A stretch of 62,797 nt of DNA, counting the filler, from Stramenopiles sp. TOSAG23-6 (lineage: Eukaryota): NCBI GenBank assembly GCA_900128565.1. It is 24 parts of 24 records of this genome, joined end to end, with 100 filler letters (N's around TTAATTAATTAA, not from the genome) between each part and the next. Parts side by side here need not be neighbours in the genome. Positions count along the whole stretch, not along the records: positions 21,039 to 23,563 come from LT637991.1; positions 23,664 to 26,184 come from LT637992.1; positions 26,285 to 28,805 come from LT637993.1; positions 28,906 to 31,425 come from LT637994.1; positions 31,526 to 34,045 come from LT637995.1; positions 34,146 to 36,664 come from LT637996.1; 18 more parts are not named here. The stretch is one strand, 5' to 3'. The position numbers were made by a program, and so were the translations under genes. This document shows positions 22,914-34,524 of this stretch, piece after piece. The notes below the pieces were generated by a model that made no database searches, was not told where the DNA came from, and worked only from the letters and a program-made list of their open reading frames with translations. How positions within the stretch are numbered: position 1 is the stretch's first letter; every line of letters starts with the position of its first letter.

Positions 22914-23663
22914 TGATTGGAAGAAAGAGATATCACTTCAACGTAGCTGCTAAACTTCGCGCAGCAGGTGCATTGTAAAAAATAATAGAAATAGAAAAAG
23001 ATATTAGTTTATTGAATGTAATGAATAGTAAGAAGAGTCATCTATTGAGCGCACATTGTTAGTGTTACATATTATTCATTTTCCACTGGTTCATTCAGTA
23101 AATATTGACTTTTTAAATATAACTTATATTTAGTTGGTGCAACACCTTGATTGAATATAAAACATATTATCTGCCTTTTTTTTTTAATACATTTATATTA
23201 TATATATCGCATGATATTCGATTATATTACACACAATTACCCGCTGGCAACTAATCGAAGCAAATTTAAAAATCAGTTCTACAATGATATTACATTGGAT
23301 GAATTTATCAAGCTGATTTCAATGCCACCACGTCATAAGCAAATTAAAGTGAGTAAGATACAAAGAGCTAAGAATATAGGACATGAAGCCAAGTATTCTA
23401 AAATTTCAAAATTTCAAATTTTAGAATACTGGTAGAAATCGCTGCAGCGGAGCTTACTTCCCGTAAACGGAAGTATCCCTATTAAACTGTAGAAGTTTTA
23501 AAAAAATGAAAAACATTTACTACATCATTTACATTCTTTTATTTTTTTCTACGTTTGGGTGGANNNNNNNNNNNNNNNNNNNNNNNNNNNNNNNNNNNNN
23601 NNNNNNNTTAATTAATTAANNNNNNNNNNNNNNNNNNNNNNNNNNNNNNNNNNNNNNNNNNNN

Positions 23664-25115
23664 TCTCAGAATAAAACAAAAGAACAAATTGAAACCCAAA
23701 AACGAAAAATGAAGGAAATGAGTAAAAAAATGGAAGAAATGCGTCTCAAAAAAGAAAAAGTACTGAAAGTGAAGTTCGAGCAACACCAAAAAGAAATGAA
23801 TCTCAGAAAACAACAACTTGTACAACAGTTAAAAGAAAAACGAAATAAAACAAATGAGATTTCTCCGATAGTTACAAAAAAAGAGTCAATAGTCAATAAA
23901 AGAATGAAGGAATTGCTTCTCAGAAAACAACAAGTGATACAGCAATTAGAAGAAAAACGAAAAAGAGTAAATGAAGCAAAAGATAAAAAACGAAACACAG
24001 CAAAGGAGAAAAGTTTTGATTTAACTCCAAAGAAAACTGTTGAAAATATTTTAACACAATTTTCTCGGAAGAACCAAAATCTTCCGAAAATCAATGAAAA
24101 AGGTGATAAATTAGTATCGTTGTTAGATTTTACTACTCATAAATTTGGCACAGAAAAAGATTTCAAAGATTTTGACGTTGATGGTACTGGTGCAATTAGT
24201 TTGAACGCTTTTAGAACAGCCCAAGCGCATGACTTTATTGATCTCAAAAGAAAAGTTTCGAGAGTATACAAAACTGTTCATGAAGCTGTCACAAAGCTAC
24301 AGAGTATACAGAGAGGGCATTTAATACGCAAATCCGCGGAAGATGAGTCTGCAGATTTATTCAAGAGGAAAAGAGAAGCATATCGAATGGGCCTTGGCAT
24401 GTTAGGGTATTGGTGTGAGGGGAATGAAGATTTGGGCGGACCACATGAAAGAGGCCAATATTTACTTGTGATTTTGGAAAATCTCTTGAACTTTAGCGAG
24501 GATGCATTTCGACAAAGCGAAAATATAAGTATTTACATGATTCTCTCTGATCACTTGATGAATTCCAACAAGGAATCAAATCATGATCGCATTCGCCATA
24601 TTATTCGGCAGCATTTATCTACCAAATGCAGTAGTAAATCAACAGATAATCTCCAGTATATAAAGATCCCTGTCAAAAAGCTTAGGGAATCAGACTCATT
24701 CAGGATTCGAAAGGAATACATATTTCATTTTGGAAAAAAAATTCGCAATACAGAGCTAGTTTTAGGGATTGTTGACGATAGTGCTGAAGTACCGATTATT
24801 TCTGGTACTTATTCAGTAAAGGTTGGAGGGTTCAATAGTATCTGCTCAGCTGGTTTGAAAAGTATTGATTTGGAAGATAGTGGTAAATTTATTGCAATGC
24901 TTGAATTTGCATGGACCCGAGTTAACGAAGTAAAGAAATTCAGCAATGCTAAAATAAAAGGCCTTACCTCCATTGCAGCAGGAATGAAAATGAAACAAAA
25001 ATTAAAACAAATAAGACTTCGTGAGGCAAGAAAAATGAAAAATAAATTAGAAAAAAATGCGAAATTACTCAAAAATGCAGAAGAGAAAGGTAAATTTGTC
25101 ACAATGTATAGATAA
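23664..25115 (+). CDS. Coiled-coil protein with EF-hand-like and IQ-like motifs (5' partial)
   Basis: FDVDGTGAISLNAF and AVTKLQSIQRGHLIRK in a long ORF. Confidence 0.6.
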   Translation, partial: SQNKTKEQIETQKRKMKEMSKKMEEMRLKKEKVLKVKFEQHQKEMNLRKQQLVQQLKEKRNKTNEISPIVTKKESIVNKRMKELLLRKQQVIQQLEEKRKRVNEAKDKKRNTAKEKSFDLTPKKTVENILTQFSRKNQNLPKINEKGDKLVSLLDFTTHKFGTEKDFKDFDVDGTGAISLNAFRTAQAHDFIDLKRKVSRVYKTVHEAVTKLQSIQRGHLIRKSAEDESADLFKRKREAYRMGLGMLGYWCEGNEDLGGPHERGQYLLVILENLLNFSEDAFRQSENISIYMILSDHLMNSNKESNHDRIRHIIRQHLSTKCSSKSTDNLQYIKIPVKKLRESDSFRIRKEYIFHFGKKIRNTELVLGIVDDSAEVPIISGTYSVKVGGFNSICSAGLKSIDLEDSGKFIAMLEFAWTRVNEVKKFSNAKIKGLTSIAAGMKMKQKLKQIRLREARKMKNKLEKNAKLLKNAEEKGKFVTMYR

Positions 25116-25230
25116 ATGGATAACAAAAACAATAACTATGTCTGATATTTTACATTTTGGTACCATTCGAAAAATAAATATTAAAATTCAATTAAAATTT
25201 GTTGAATACATCAAATCTTTCAAGTAGTAT

Positions 25231-26184
25231 TTATTTAAAATATGCATAAGCAGTTGATATCCGTTTAAAAGTCTCTTCAGCTCCAGGCGATTTATTCTTA
25301 TCTGGATGAAACTGTTTTGCAAGGAGTTTATATCTAGCTTTGATTTCTTGTTGTGTTGCGCGAAAATTTCTCAATCCTAAAACTTTTAACGCATCAAGGC
25401 GTTTTTTGTCCTGTTTTGAAGTATATCTTTGATTTGAGTTACCCTTCTGTTTATTTTGTTCTGACTGATGATACGTATTCCATTGGCTTTTCATCTTTCG
25501 TTTTGCTTCTTCGAATAATTCTGCTTGAGTATTTCGAGCAGTATTTCTCCACTGAGCTTCTCTGTCATATGCATTTGTGGCATTACGACACACTGGACAA
25601 GAACGAGTTCTCACCATTTTAGCAATGGATGCTTTGAAATTGTGAGTTAAATTACACTGCCATTGAAGTATGTCTTGATCCGAAGTGATAGCACTGGGAT
25701 TATGATTAGCAGTTACACAACGGCCTTGGAAAAATGATTTCGCAATACGGGAAGCAAGTTGGGGAAATATATTTGGTTTTGGTTTTGGTGGTTCACGTTT
25801 AGCAGGGTTAGGAATATATTGTACATCTCTTTCGTGTGGACGTCGTCTCATGACTGGTACACATTTAGGTTTCTTTGCAAAATTTCTTTTGGTATATGTT
25901 TTGTTTTCACTATAACCTGCAAACATTCCCATAGTAGCGGCTGGACTTGATATTTTAATATTTGTTTTTATACGCTTGCATGTACCTATTTTGGTATTTG
26001 GCTTTCTTACATATCCTTGAGTTCCAAGAAAAGACTTTGAATACGCAATGACATCATCGTCAGATAAACATATTGCATCATTTGCAGAAGTCCCACTATT
26101 TAACTTTCGTTTTTGACTTTTTGTTCTCGCTGAAGCACCCACAAAATTTATTCCTTTTTTATTATTACTATTATATTCTTTTTT
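25231..26184 (-). CDS. Protein with a zinc-ribbon motif and C-terminal DnaJ domain (5' partial)
   Basis: WQC..HNF..CPVC; VLGL..EIKARYKLLAKQFHPDKNK..AEETFKRISTAY. Confidence 0.88.
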   Translation of the reverse strand, partial: KKEYNSNNKKGINFVGASARTKSQKRKLNSGTSANDAICLSDDDVIAYSKSFLGTQGYVRKPNTKIGTCKRIKTNIKISSPAATMGMFAGYSENKTYTKRNFAKKPKCVPVMRRRPHERDVQYIPNPAKREPPKPKPNIFPQLASRIAKSFFQGRCVTANHNPSAITSDQDILQWQCNLTHNFKASIAKMVRTRSCPVCRNATNAYDREAQWRNTARNTQAELFEEAKRKMKSQWNTYHQSEQNKQKGNSNQRYTSKQDKKRLDALKVLGLRNFRATQQEIKARYKLLAKQFHPDKNKSPGAEETFKRISTAYAYFK

Positions 26185-26284
26185 NNNNNNNNNNNNNNNN
26201 NNNNNNNNNNNNNNNNNNNNNNNNNNNNTTAATTAATTAANNNNNNNNNNNNNNNNNNNNNNNNNNNNNNNNNNNNNNNNNNNN

Positions 26285-28805
26285 ACTCTTCTTGTGTGCC
26301 CAAAAAGGCTTTGTGTAAATCGCTTTGTACTACTGAAAGTATACCCACTTGTGATTCTTCATCTATTATATCTTTTCTCATCTCGTCTAGATATCGTTTT
26401 GGAAGAGACGAAAAACTGTAACTCTGAAACTTCTGCAAATGTTCTTTTTGATTAGGTGCCATCAAACGTAAATCATGAATATCAATTGTATCTATGTCAG
26501 CAGGGACAGTCAAAGGATTAGCCCATGCCATATAAGATTTCCATAAACCTTCTCTAAACTCTTGTTTTTTTTTAGATTCACACATCAAGGAAATAAATTC
26601 AACCAGAGACAAAGAATTTTCTGATGGCTTACACCAAATCTTGAATAATGCTTTCGATAATTCTTTTGTTTCAAGAATATCTTCATATGTACACTCGTCG
26701 AAATATAACGCCAGCAACAACTTTGACAACTGCTCCATAGATAGAGAATTTGATGATCCGAACGATTCGAATATAGTTTTAAAATCAGCCATATCTTTCT
26801 CTGTAGGCGGAGACAATGTAGAGGCGGTAATAACCTCTATAAATTGGTCAGCAGTGATGCTTCCATTTGTCATATCATACGACTTTTCTTGTAGAGCTGC
26901 TCCATATGTAGTAACTGTTCTACTATTTGAATTTGAATCGGTTGATGTATGATCATCATCTTTTGGAAACAAACTAAATAACATATCATCTAGAATATGT
27001 TTAGGTCTAAATATCCCCATCATTGTCAATGCATTATTCAAACGTGATAAAGGTAAGCTCTTTTCTTTGCATGAATTACACACATCCGCATATATTCGCC
27101 TTGCATTTTCCTCAAGAACTTTTGGTATATGTATTTTGCATAAAGAAGAAGCTAGATGCATATTATTCGTTGTGTAATCATATTCACCTTTCATCCAAGA
27201 TGTCCAATCATCAAAAATATGTTCACTCTGAACACTTGCTGATATAAGCTTTTGATTCTTTAAAAGAAGCCCACTCACTTCAAGTCTTGCTGATTTTATT
27301 TCGCCTTTTAGTTNAGCTTTATGTATCCGTTGAGACAAAGAAAGTTTCATATTATTATCACTGCCATTACTTGAATTTGTTTTTATCTTAAGTACTACTT
27401 TCTTTCCACGGTTGCTTTTACGGAAAAAATATTTCAATGCAGTGTATAACTTAGAAGAAGAAACTTCTTGTTTTACAATACGCTTATTTTCCTTTTTCAC
27501 TTCAAAGGATTTCACTATATACTTCATTTCTATATCTCGTTCGTACTCTTCTGTTCTTTCTTGTAATCCGTGTAAAGACTCAAATTGATGTTCTAAAACA
27601 GTTTTCAAGAGTATACTATAAATTCCGGGACATTCTTGTTGAAGACGTAAGATGTTGATAGACGTCATAACCAATAAATCTGCGGGTATCGTACATATTA
27701 TCGGGTGTAGTGCGGGGTATTCACTGAAAAATACACTATGATTGATAAAACTACCTCGAGAATACGTACAGGTTGCGACATTTTGATATGCACCGTCGCC
27801 GATGTGTAATTTTGCCATTCCTGCTAATCTACCACATCGAACCATATAAAAATTAGAATCACTTTCACCTGCTTGTACTAAAATTTCGCCCTTTTTTAAC
27901 CTTACTTTTTGCATGTATTTCCACAATTCACTTTCTTTGCCATCTACATTTAAAATATCACTAAAAGCTTGATAAGTAGCCTTTTGAACAGCCTCGAAAT
28001 GATGATGCTGTAACGACTCAAACACTAGCCATCTTCTTCTTATAATAGATGCTTTCTGTAATAACAAATCTTCAATCATTTCCACGGCCATATCAATAGA
28101 TGGAAAATTAGAATGCAACAGACTCATTACTCCGGCGACCTCTAATTTACAAAAATTTGGATTAGAAAGTCCAGTTTCTTTAAATTCTTTAGCACTGGTA
28201 TAGTCCATTCCATCAACATGAGCAAAATCTATAATCACAAATCGCAAATTAGGAAAACATCCATCAGGTGCGTCTATAAGGGATTCTGTATTCTTATTTT
28301 TGTTTTTATCCGAAGTTTTGTTTTGAGTACAAAAAATTTGTTGTAAAATGTCGTGTGCTTCATAAACACTACCAAAAAAGAGATAGCGGTGTAACTCTAT
28401 GACACACCAAAGTTTACCCAATTTATGGAGTCGATGCTTTGACGTTGGGTGTCTATGTACTATAGATTTGTATAATACACCACTTCGAGTACTTTTAATT
28501 ACGCCCCTCCTACCATNNNNNNNNNNNNNNNNNNNNNNNNNNNNNNNNNNNNNNNNNNNNNNNNNNNNNNNNNNNNNNNNNNNNNNNNCATATCACTAAA
28601 TATTCGAAAACATCCATTTGATTCCAATTTGAAAGTAAATTATCATCGAGAAATCCAAACCCTGCATAAAATACTAGACTACCTACCCAAAAACGTGGCA
28701 TGTAATTAATAGCCATTACTCCAGATGCAAAACAAACGCCATTGATACCAGAGCAAATGAAACCAGGTAAAGTATAGTCAAGAATGGTACAACAGGAAAT
28801 AATAC
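26285..28805 (-). CDS. SulP/SLC26 anion transporter with STAS, cNMP-binding and EF-hand-like regions (partial, gapped)
   Basis: NYMPRFWVGSLVFYAGFGFL TM segment; LHRYLFFGS and FVIIDFAHVDGMDYTS (STAS); LKKGEILVQAGE (cNMP). Confidence 0.8.
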
Positions 28806-28905
28806 NNNNNNNNNNNNNNNNNNNNNNNNNNNNNNNNNNNNNNNNNNNNTTAATTAATTAANNNNNNNNNNNNNNNNNNNNNNNNNNNNNNNNNNNNNNN
28901 NNNNN

Positions 28906-28982
28906 GTCCTGGGAAGCCTTCATTTTTATGTATTTGTCAAAAAAAAAAAAAAAAAAAATTTTTAGGAAAAAAATTTTTTTAC

Positions 28983-29015
<33 letters not shown>

Positions 29016-30111
29016 ATTGAAAATGTACATTTTTTGCTTTCATTATTTTAAGAATGGTATTTGTTTTTTTGAACGCCCAAAGAAAAATGGTACGCACACT
29101 TGCAAATGCTAAGATTTCGTGTATTGGATGAAATGCAAGTGAAACGACGTGCTTATCTACATGGATACAATGAATACATGTAATATATGAAAATATACCA
29201 AATGTTTGATTTTTTAAGAAAAAAAAATTTAAAAAAAAAATTTTAAATGAAATAGGTTAGGGTTAGGGTTAACATACAAGCACTTGTTGATATTTTCCAA
29301 ATACGAACTTCAAACGCTAAACAACCAGACGCGACGATATCATTATTACGAGGATGAAATTTGACTGTCCATATATAGTAAAAAAATATTTTACATTTTG
29401 AAATGGGTCAAAATATTTTGTTAGGTACAGAATTTTCTATAAAAAAAAAAATACATAAGAATTAGGGTTAGGGTTTGAAAACGTACATGGAGTTCGACGA
29501 TGTCCCTCCAGCACAGCTTTATTTTTACCTTCTGGAAAAGTTGTCACCTTCACTGTATGGTCACCATGTGTAGATGCAAATAATGTTCCATCAGTACTAA
29601 AAGAAACAGATATTGTTGATTTTGTTACACCTGGCATTTTCACATATTTAAAGGAGTGGTGTTTCATTGACGTTTCTTCACACCAATATCGAATTTGTTC
29701 TTTACTCTCATTGATACCAAAAATACGATTTTGTATAGTTTTAGAAATGTTTGTATATTCATTTGATGTTGATGTTGGTAATGATCCAAAAGATGTACTA
29801 TTATTTAGAGTTCTAGATACAATATTTGGAATAGAGGAGGTCAACGCGTCTTTTGTTTTGTTAGGGGAATTGAATGGAAGGACTTCAATAGGTTTCGTGN
29901 CCATCACTGAAAAGTCGTCGTTTTTATCCTCTAAAGAGACTGAATCTCTATCTTCTAAATCATTTAGACGTCTTCGACACATTGGACGTATGGTATGATC
30001 GTTTCTGTGTGTCGTATCATTACACATTTTGGTTTTCAACAAAGTTACATCAAAACCAGCTGTACAACGTTCATGTGCAAATGCTGACGACGAGACATAT
30101 GAGTTGATCAT
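28906..30111 (-). CDS. AMBRA1-like WD40 protein (exons 29487-30111, 29278-29370, 29029-29177, 28906-28927; 3' partial)
   Basis: Spliced FASTHGDHTVKV..LEGHRRTPWTVKFHP..IVASGCL..EVRIW..SLAFHP. Confidence 0.85.
28928..29028 (-). other. Family intron AT|GTACAT...ATACAT
   Basis: Family termini; in-frame join KAKN-KNEGF. Confidence 0.7.
29178..29277 (-). other. Family intron TT|GTATGT...TTACAT carrying telomeric repeats
   Basis: Removal gives IWKISTSACIHC and keeps the WD40 frame. Confidence 0.8.
29371..29486 (-). other. Family intron AT|GTACGT...ATATAT
   Basis: Removal rebuilds the conserved GHRRTPW (T|GG). Confidence 0.9.
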
Positions 30112-30696
30112 TTCAAACAATAATCAAAATAAGTCTTACACTATTTTAATGTAAAGGGTATACTACAATTGTCGTATAGAATACCAGAAATACAATCAAA
30201 CAATAATTGTGTCTTGAATGATGATGCTTTGTAGACAAAATTTTAAGAGAGAGAAGAGAGGAGGAGACAATGAAAAAGTTTTACTAGTCAAATATTTGTG
30301 TGTCATATTTTTTTCAATTTTTTTTTTTGAAAAGACAGGTTTGTACAAAAATTTTCTTTTTTTTTTGAACTTTTCGTAATAATATTATATCGATGAATAT
30401 CGTTGATGAATATCGACTTGTTATACACCAGGTTTCCCACCCAAAATATAGTAAAAGTCACACTTATTTGCATCTGTTAGAAAATAAATTATATTTTTTT
30501 TGGTTTTCTCAAAAGACTTATTTATCAATTTTACCTTTTTTTTTAAGAAAATTATAAAAAATTTTATTTTTGAGAAAAATTAAATAAAATATTTTGCATT
30601 GTGAGCCTTTTGAGCACCATCACTAGTTAGTCTTTGGTTGAGCAATACCTTCAACAGCATCATCGGCCTCAGCATGGTTAAGCAGTATCAACAGCA

Positions 30697-31212
30697 TCAG
30701 AAGTCACCACCACCATCACCACCACCATCATCACCACCATCATCACCACCAGTACCACCATTATTATCACCGCCAACAGCAGCGTCTTCACGTGCGTTTT
30801 TCTGGTTCTTCTGTTCTTCGCCTTCCTCGTCTTCCCCGCCACTAGTTGGTGCTGGTGGTGGTGGTGGTGCTGATGATGCTCCTGATGATGGTGGTGGTGC
30901 TGATGATGTTGCTGGTGCCGGATTCGTCGGATGATTGTGTTCAGTACCAGTAGCACCACGAGCACCACCAGTACCACCAGCACCAGGAGTACCAGCACCA
31001 TCTTCATCATCATCATCATCTTCATCATCATCATCATCAGCAGCAGCAGCAGCAGTCTTAGCAGCAGCATCATCGCCTTCATCTGCTTCCTCACCATCTG
31101 GACCTGTCATAAGACTTTGTTCCGCTCGAATAAGACGAGAGTGTACGTGAATACTAATACTACACAAAAGTATCAGTAAAGAAATGACGACAATGTTTCT
31201 TAGTTTCATCAT
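30697..31212 (-). CDS. Small secreted low-complexity (D/G/A/P-rich) protein
   Basis: Signal peptide-like N-terminus followed by a trinucleotide-repeat body. Confidence 0.6.
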   Translation of the reverse strand: MMKLRNIVVISLLILLCSISIHVHSRLIRAEQSLMTGPDGEEADEGDDAAAKTAAAAADDDDDEDDDDDEDGAGTPGAGGTGGARGATGTEHNHPTNPAPATSSAPPPSSGASSAPPPPPAPTSGGEDEEGEEQKNQKNAREDAAVGGDNNGGTGGDDGGDDGGGDGGGDF

Positions 31213-31356
31213 ATTTATAATATTCCCTCTTGAATTGATTGAACTGATTAAATCAAGATTAAATCAAGATAATGTTTGCTAAAGACGAGAAGAGATGTAG
31301 TTCAAAATTGAAAATGTTTCTCTCCAACAACAACGTAAAAGAAAACAAAAACACGC

Positions 31357-31393
<37 letters not shown>

Positions 31394-31532
31394 GAAGGTT
31401 TGACAAAAATTTTTTTTTTTTTTTTNNNNNNNNNNNNNNNNNNNNNNNNNNNNNNNNNNNNNNNNNNNNTTAATTAATTAANNNNNNNNNNNNNNNNNNN
31501 NNNNNNNNNNNNNNNNNNNNNNNNNCGCCATA

Positions 31533-32828
31533 ATGAAGAAACATGTACTACTTATTCTACTATTATCAACGTGTCTTTCTGGGACACTTGTAAAGGGGGT
31601 GATGGACGGTGGCAGCAGAAGTGTTGCTGTTGACGCTTCCGCCATCAAAAATAAAGCCGATGCCGAAGCCGTAGCAGAGGAGCACTTCTTTGCGGAAAAG
31701 GAAAAGGACGAATCCGCCCGAGAAACACACGCAAAAAAAGGTTTTTTCTCCAGATCTAAACATTTCTTGACCAGAACAGGAACAAGAATCAAAAGATTTT
31801 TCAAAAGACATTTTAGAAGAGGTTGTGACAAAAAATACGATAATTGTGAGGATTGTATGGGGAATGAGAAGTGTTCTTGGAATGGTAACAAGTGTGTTAA
31901 CGCAGACGAAGATAATGATGAGTCAACAAAGAATTATTATGATGATGATCGCACTGACAAATGTTACTGGTTGGCTGACAAAAATAAGTTCTCAAAACTA
32001 AACGAATACAAAGACGAAGACGAATGGAAAAAAACTTACATTCAAAAGAAAAAAGATTTGAAAAGAGTTGACGACATAAAGAACGATCCAAACTTATGGA
32101 GAAAATTATATCGTATTTGGAGATATATAAAAGAGAAAATTAATGATGGTGCCGACGAAGACGACATGGCTGAAACGGTAAAAACGTTTTTTGAAGAGGA
32201 AGACGAAAAGGAGGAAATTTTATGTACTATGGTAAGACATCTTTCAAAAAAGTACTTTACAACTCGACGGGTTGTTACCGGACTGATTGAAAGAGTTTTT
32301 CGAAAGCTAGAGGACGCAGCTGATGATGGTGCTGAAGTTGCTAAAGGTGATGATGTCATAACTGCAGTGAAAAAATTGGAACTGAAGTTAAAGGATGTTT
32401 TGGACGTAAATTTCAATCCCAATAAAGATGCGACAATGGATTTTCTTTCAAAGTGCCCACAATCTGAAAAAGTCGATACATTCAGATTTAAGAGCACACG
32501 TCAATTATCTGGGGCATGGTCGATTAGGGGTATGTCCTCTAAAACGATGAAATTATTTATGATGTTTGTTTTGTCGGTAGCATTTATTTTTTTGCTTCCG
32601 ATAAGTGCTCTTTTTGGTGGTTATCTCATTTCTTATAATAGTTTGTGTATTATACGGGGAAACGAAATTCCAAATTGTCTTAGCCAAATGGTGCGTGATA
32701 GTAAAAAACTTTTCGTAGGAATGGGTAAAGCGTTGAAAAAAGAGAAAACTGGCGGTGATGACGTCGATGACGTTGGAGCTATCGCTGCTCGAGCTATCGC
32801 TGCTAACGTGATTCGTCAAGGCATGTAA
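31533..32828 (+). CDS. Hypothetical protein with signal peptide, PSI-like Cys motif and C-terminal TM helix
   Basis: 431-aa ORF; C...DNCEDC....CSW....C; hydrophobic LFMMFVLSVAFIFLLPI. Confidence 0.7.
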   Translation: MKKHVLLILLLSTCLSGTLVKGVMDGGSRSVAVDASAIKNKADAEAVAEEHFFAEKEKDESARETHAKKGFFSRSKHFLTRTGTRIKRFFKRHFRRGCDKKYDNCEDCMGNEKCSWNGNKCVNADEDNDESTKNYYDDDRTDKCYWLADKNKFSKLNEYKDEDEWKKTYIQKKKDLKRVDDIKNDPNLWRKLYRIWRYIKEKINDGADEDDMAETVKTFFEEEDEKEEILCTMVRHLSKKYFTTRRVVTGLIERVFRKLEDAADDGAEVAKGDDVITAVKKLELKLKDVLDVNFNPNKDATMDFLSKCPQSEKVDTFRFKSTRQLSGAWSIRGMSSKTMKLFMMFVLSVAFIFLLPISALFGGYLISYNSLCIIRGNEIPNCLSQMVRDSKKLFVGMGKALKKEKTGGDDVDDVGAIAARAIAANVIRQGM

Positions 32829-33325
32829 AAGTAATATACCGCAGCCAAGCAAAAATATGTCATTTTTATTTTTGTAGTTAATTGTTTTTTATAAAAAAAT
32901 GGCATTATTTGAGGAAGTTTGTGATTTTGTAATTGTTTTGTAATTGTTTTGTTTTAAATGTTGAAAACTTCCCTCCCCTCTATTAAAAAAGTGTCCTATA
33001 TATTAAATATCGACATTATATAGTGTTGTAGAATATTTTTGATGGTTTTTTTTTATAATTCCTTCTCTCTCATTCTTTTTTCAAATTAAAAAAATTTAAA
33101 TTCGAGAAGATAAGAGAACAGGTTTGTGACGACATTTTTTGAGTGCATTTTTTGACGCGGTTCGAGAGAGAATCGATCATTGATGTCCTACTAATAAATC
33201 TCAAAATCGTAATAGATAGTTGAAATCGTAATCCTGTACTAAAAAGTTAAAGGAGATTACACTTTTACACATTAGCAGTGACATACTAGTAGTTTCCTCT
33301 TCAATCTTGATTATTTATCATAGTA

Positions 33326-33960
33326 ATGTCGTCTCGCACAGCAAACAATGGTACAATTGTGCATAGTAGTGACAGTAAATCTTTATGGAACTATACGCTC
33401 TCTCCCGGCTGGACTCATGCCGAGGCTGAAGTATATAAACTAGCTTTGATGAAGTATGGTATCGGTAATTACAAACGTGTACTTACAGAGCGTATTTTGC
33501 CAGGAAAGACTGTTGCGCAGCTGAACAATCAATGTCAGCGTTTTTTGGGTCAGCAATCGACAAAGGCATTTCAAGGACTCAGGGTAGATTTACAAGCTGT
33601 TTTTGTTGCCAATGGAAAGCGTACTAATGTGAAAAGAAAAAATAACTGCATTGTAAATACAGGTGATAATCCAACTACAGAAAGTGTACGTATAGCAAAG
33701 GAAAAAAATCGTACATCATATGGTTTGAAACAGGAACGAATCGATGCAATTGTCATGTACGTTTTCATCATTTTTTCAAAAGACAAATTTTGTACCAAAT
33801 GTTGTACCAAATGTTGTACCAAATGTTGTAATTAACGAATTTCGAATTTGACATATTTTTTTTACAGTACATACCAACTCTTCGTCAAGAAGATCTTTCT
33901 TCTGTTTTTGTGAAAACTGATGCGTCCAAGAGACAGACAAAAATCGAAAGGCTTAAGTAT
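33326..33960 (+). CDS. Homolog of the p1 (Myb/homeodomain-like) subunit of the MTA1c/AMT1 DNA 6mA methyltransferase complex (exons 33326-33756, 33873-33960; 3' partial)
   Basis: SKSLWNYTLSPGW, ALMKYGIG, LPGKT, QRFLGQQS and RKNNCIVNTGDNPT match ciliate p1 as recalled; not checked by search. Confidence 0.8.
33757..33872 (+). other. Family intron AT|GTACGT...GTACAT
   Basis: Removal gives IDAIVIPTLR; the CAG at 33867 would lead to a stop. Confidence 0.85.
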
Positions 33961-34145
33961 GTATGTTTTATTTTTTTTCAAATTCGAATATTTTTTCGTA
34001 CGAAATTTTGTACCTAACGAATTTTTTTTCAAATATTTTTCCAAANNNNNNNNNNNNNNNNNNNNNNNNNNNNNNNNNNNNNNNNNNNNTTAATTAATTA
34101 ANNNNNNNNNNNNNNNNNNNNNNNNNNNNNNNNNNNNNNNNNNNN

Positions 34146-34524
34146 CATTGGGGAGGGCGCTGGCGGCGGTCCAGGGGGCAACATGGGGTTTATATTGAAG
34201 GAAGTCGTGGACGGCGTCGATAAAGACAGTGTTAAAGGGCGGTACGATGAGTTGGCTAACAACGAATACGAAGCAGCAAAGTTTAGAATTGAAGAGGCTG
34301 CTAAACTGCGGTTGAAGATCAAGATGCAGAACCAGCTGTGGGAAGCTCAAAACGAAGCAACTTCCGGTGCAAACCAAGACCCGCTGGATTTGATTGCGAA
34401 ACTCGACGATCCCAGCCACGAGGGGGAACTGAAAGATGGAATGATGAAGAGTATTGAGGAAGAAATCTATTTAATCAGGCATATGCAGGGGGAAAAGACA
34501 TGGGAGCACGAGCGATGCGATTAG
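34146..34524 (+). CDS. 3' end of an unidentified gene (higher GC)
   Basis: Frame is open from the contig start to TAG. Confidence 0.5.
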
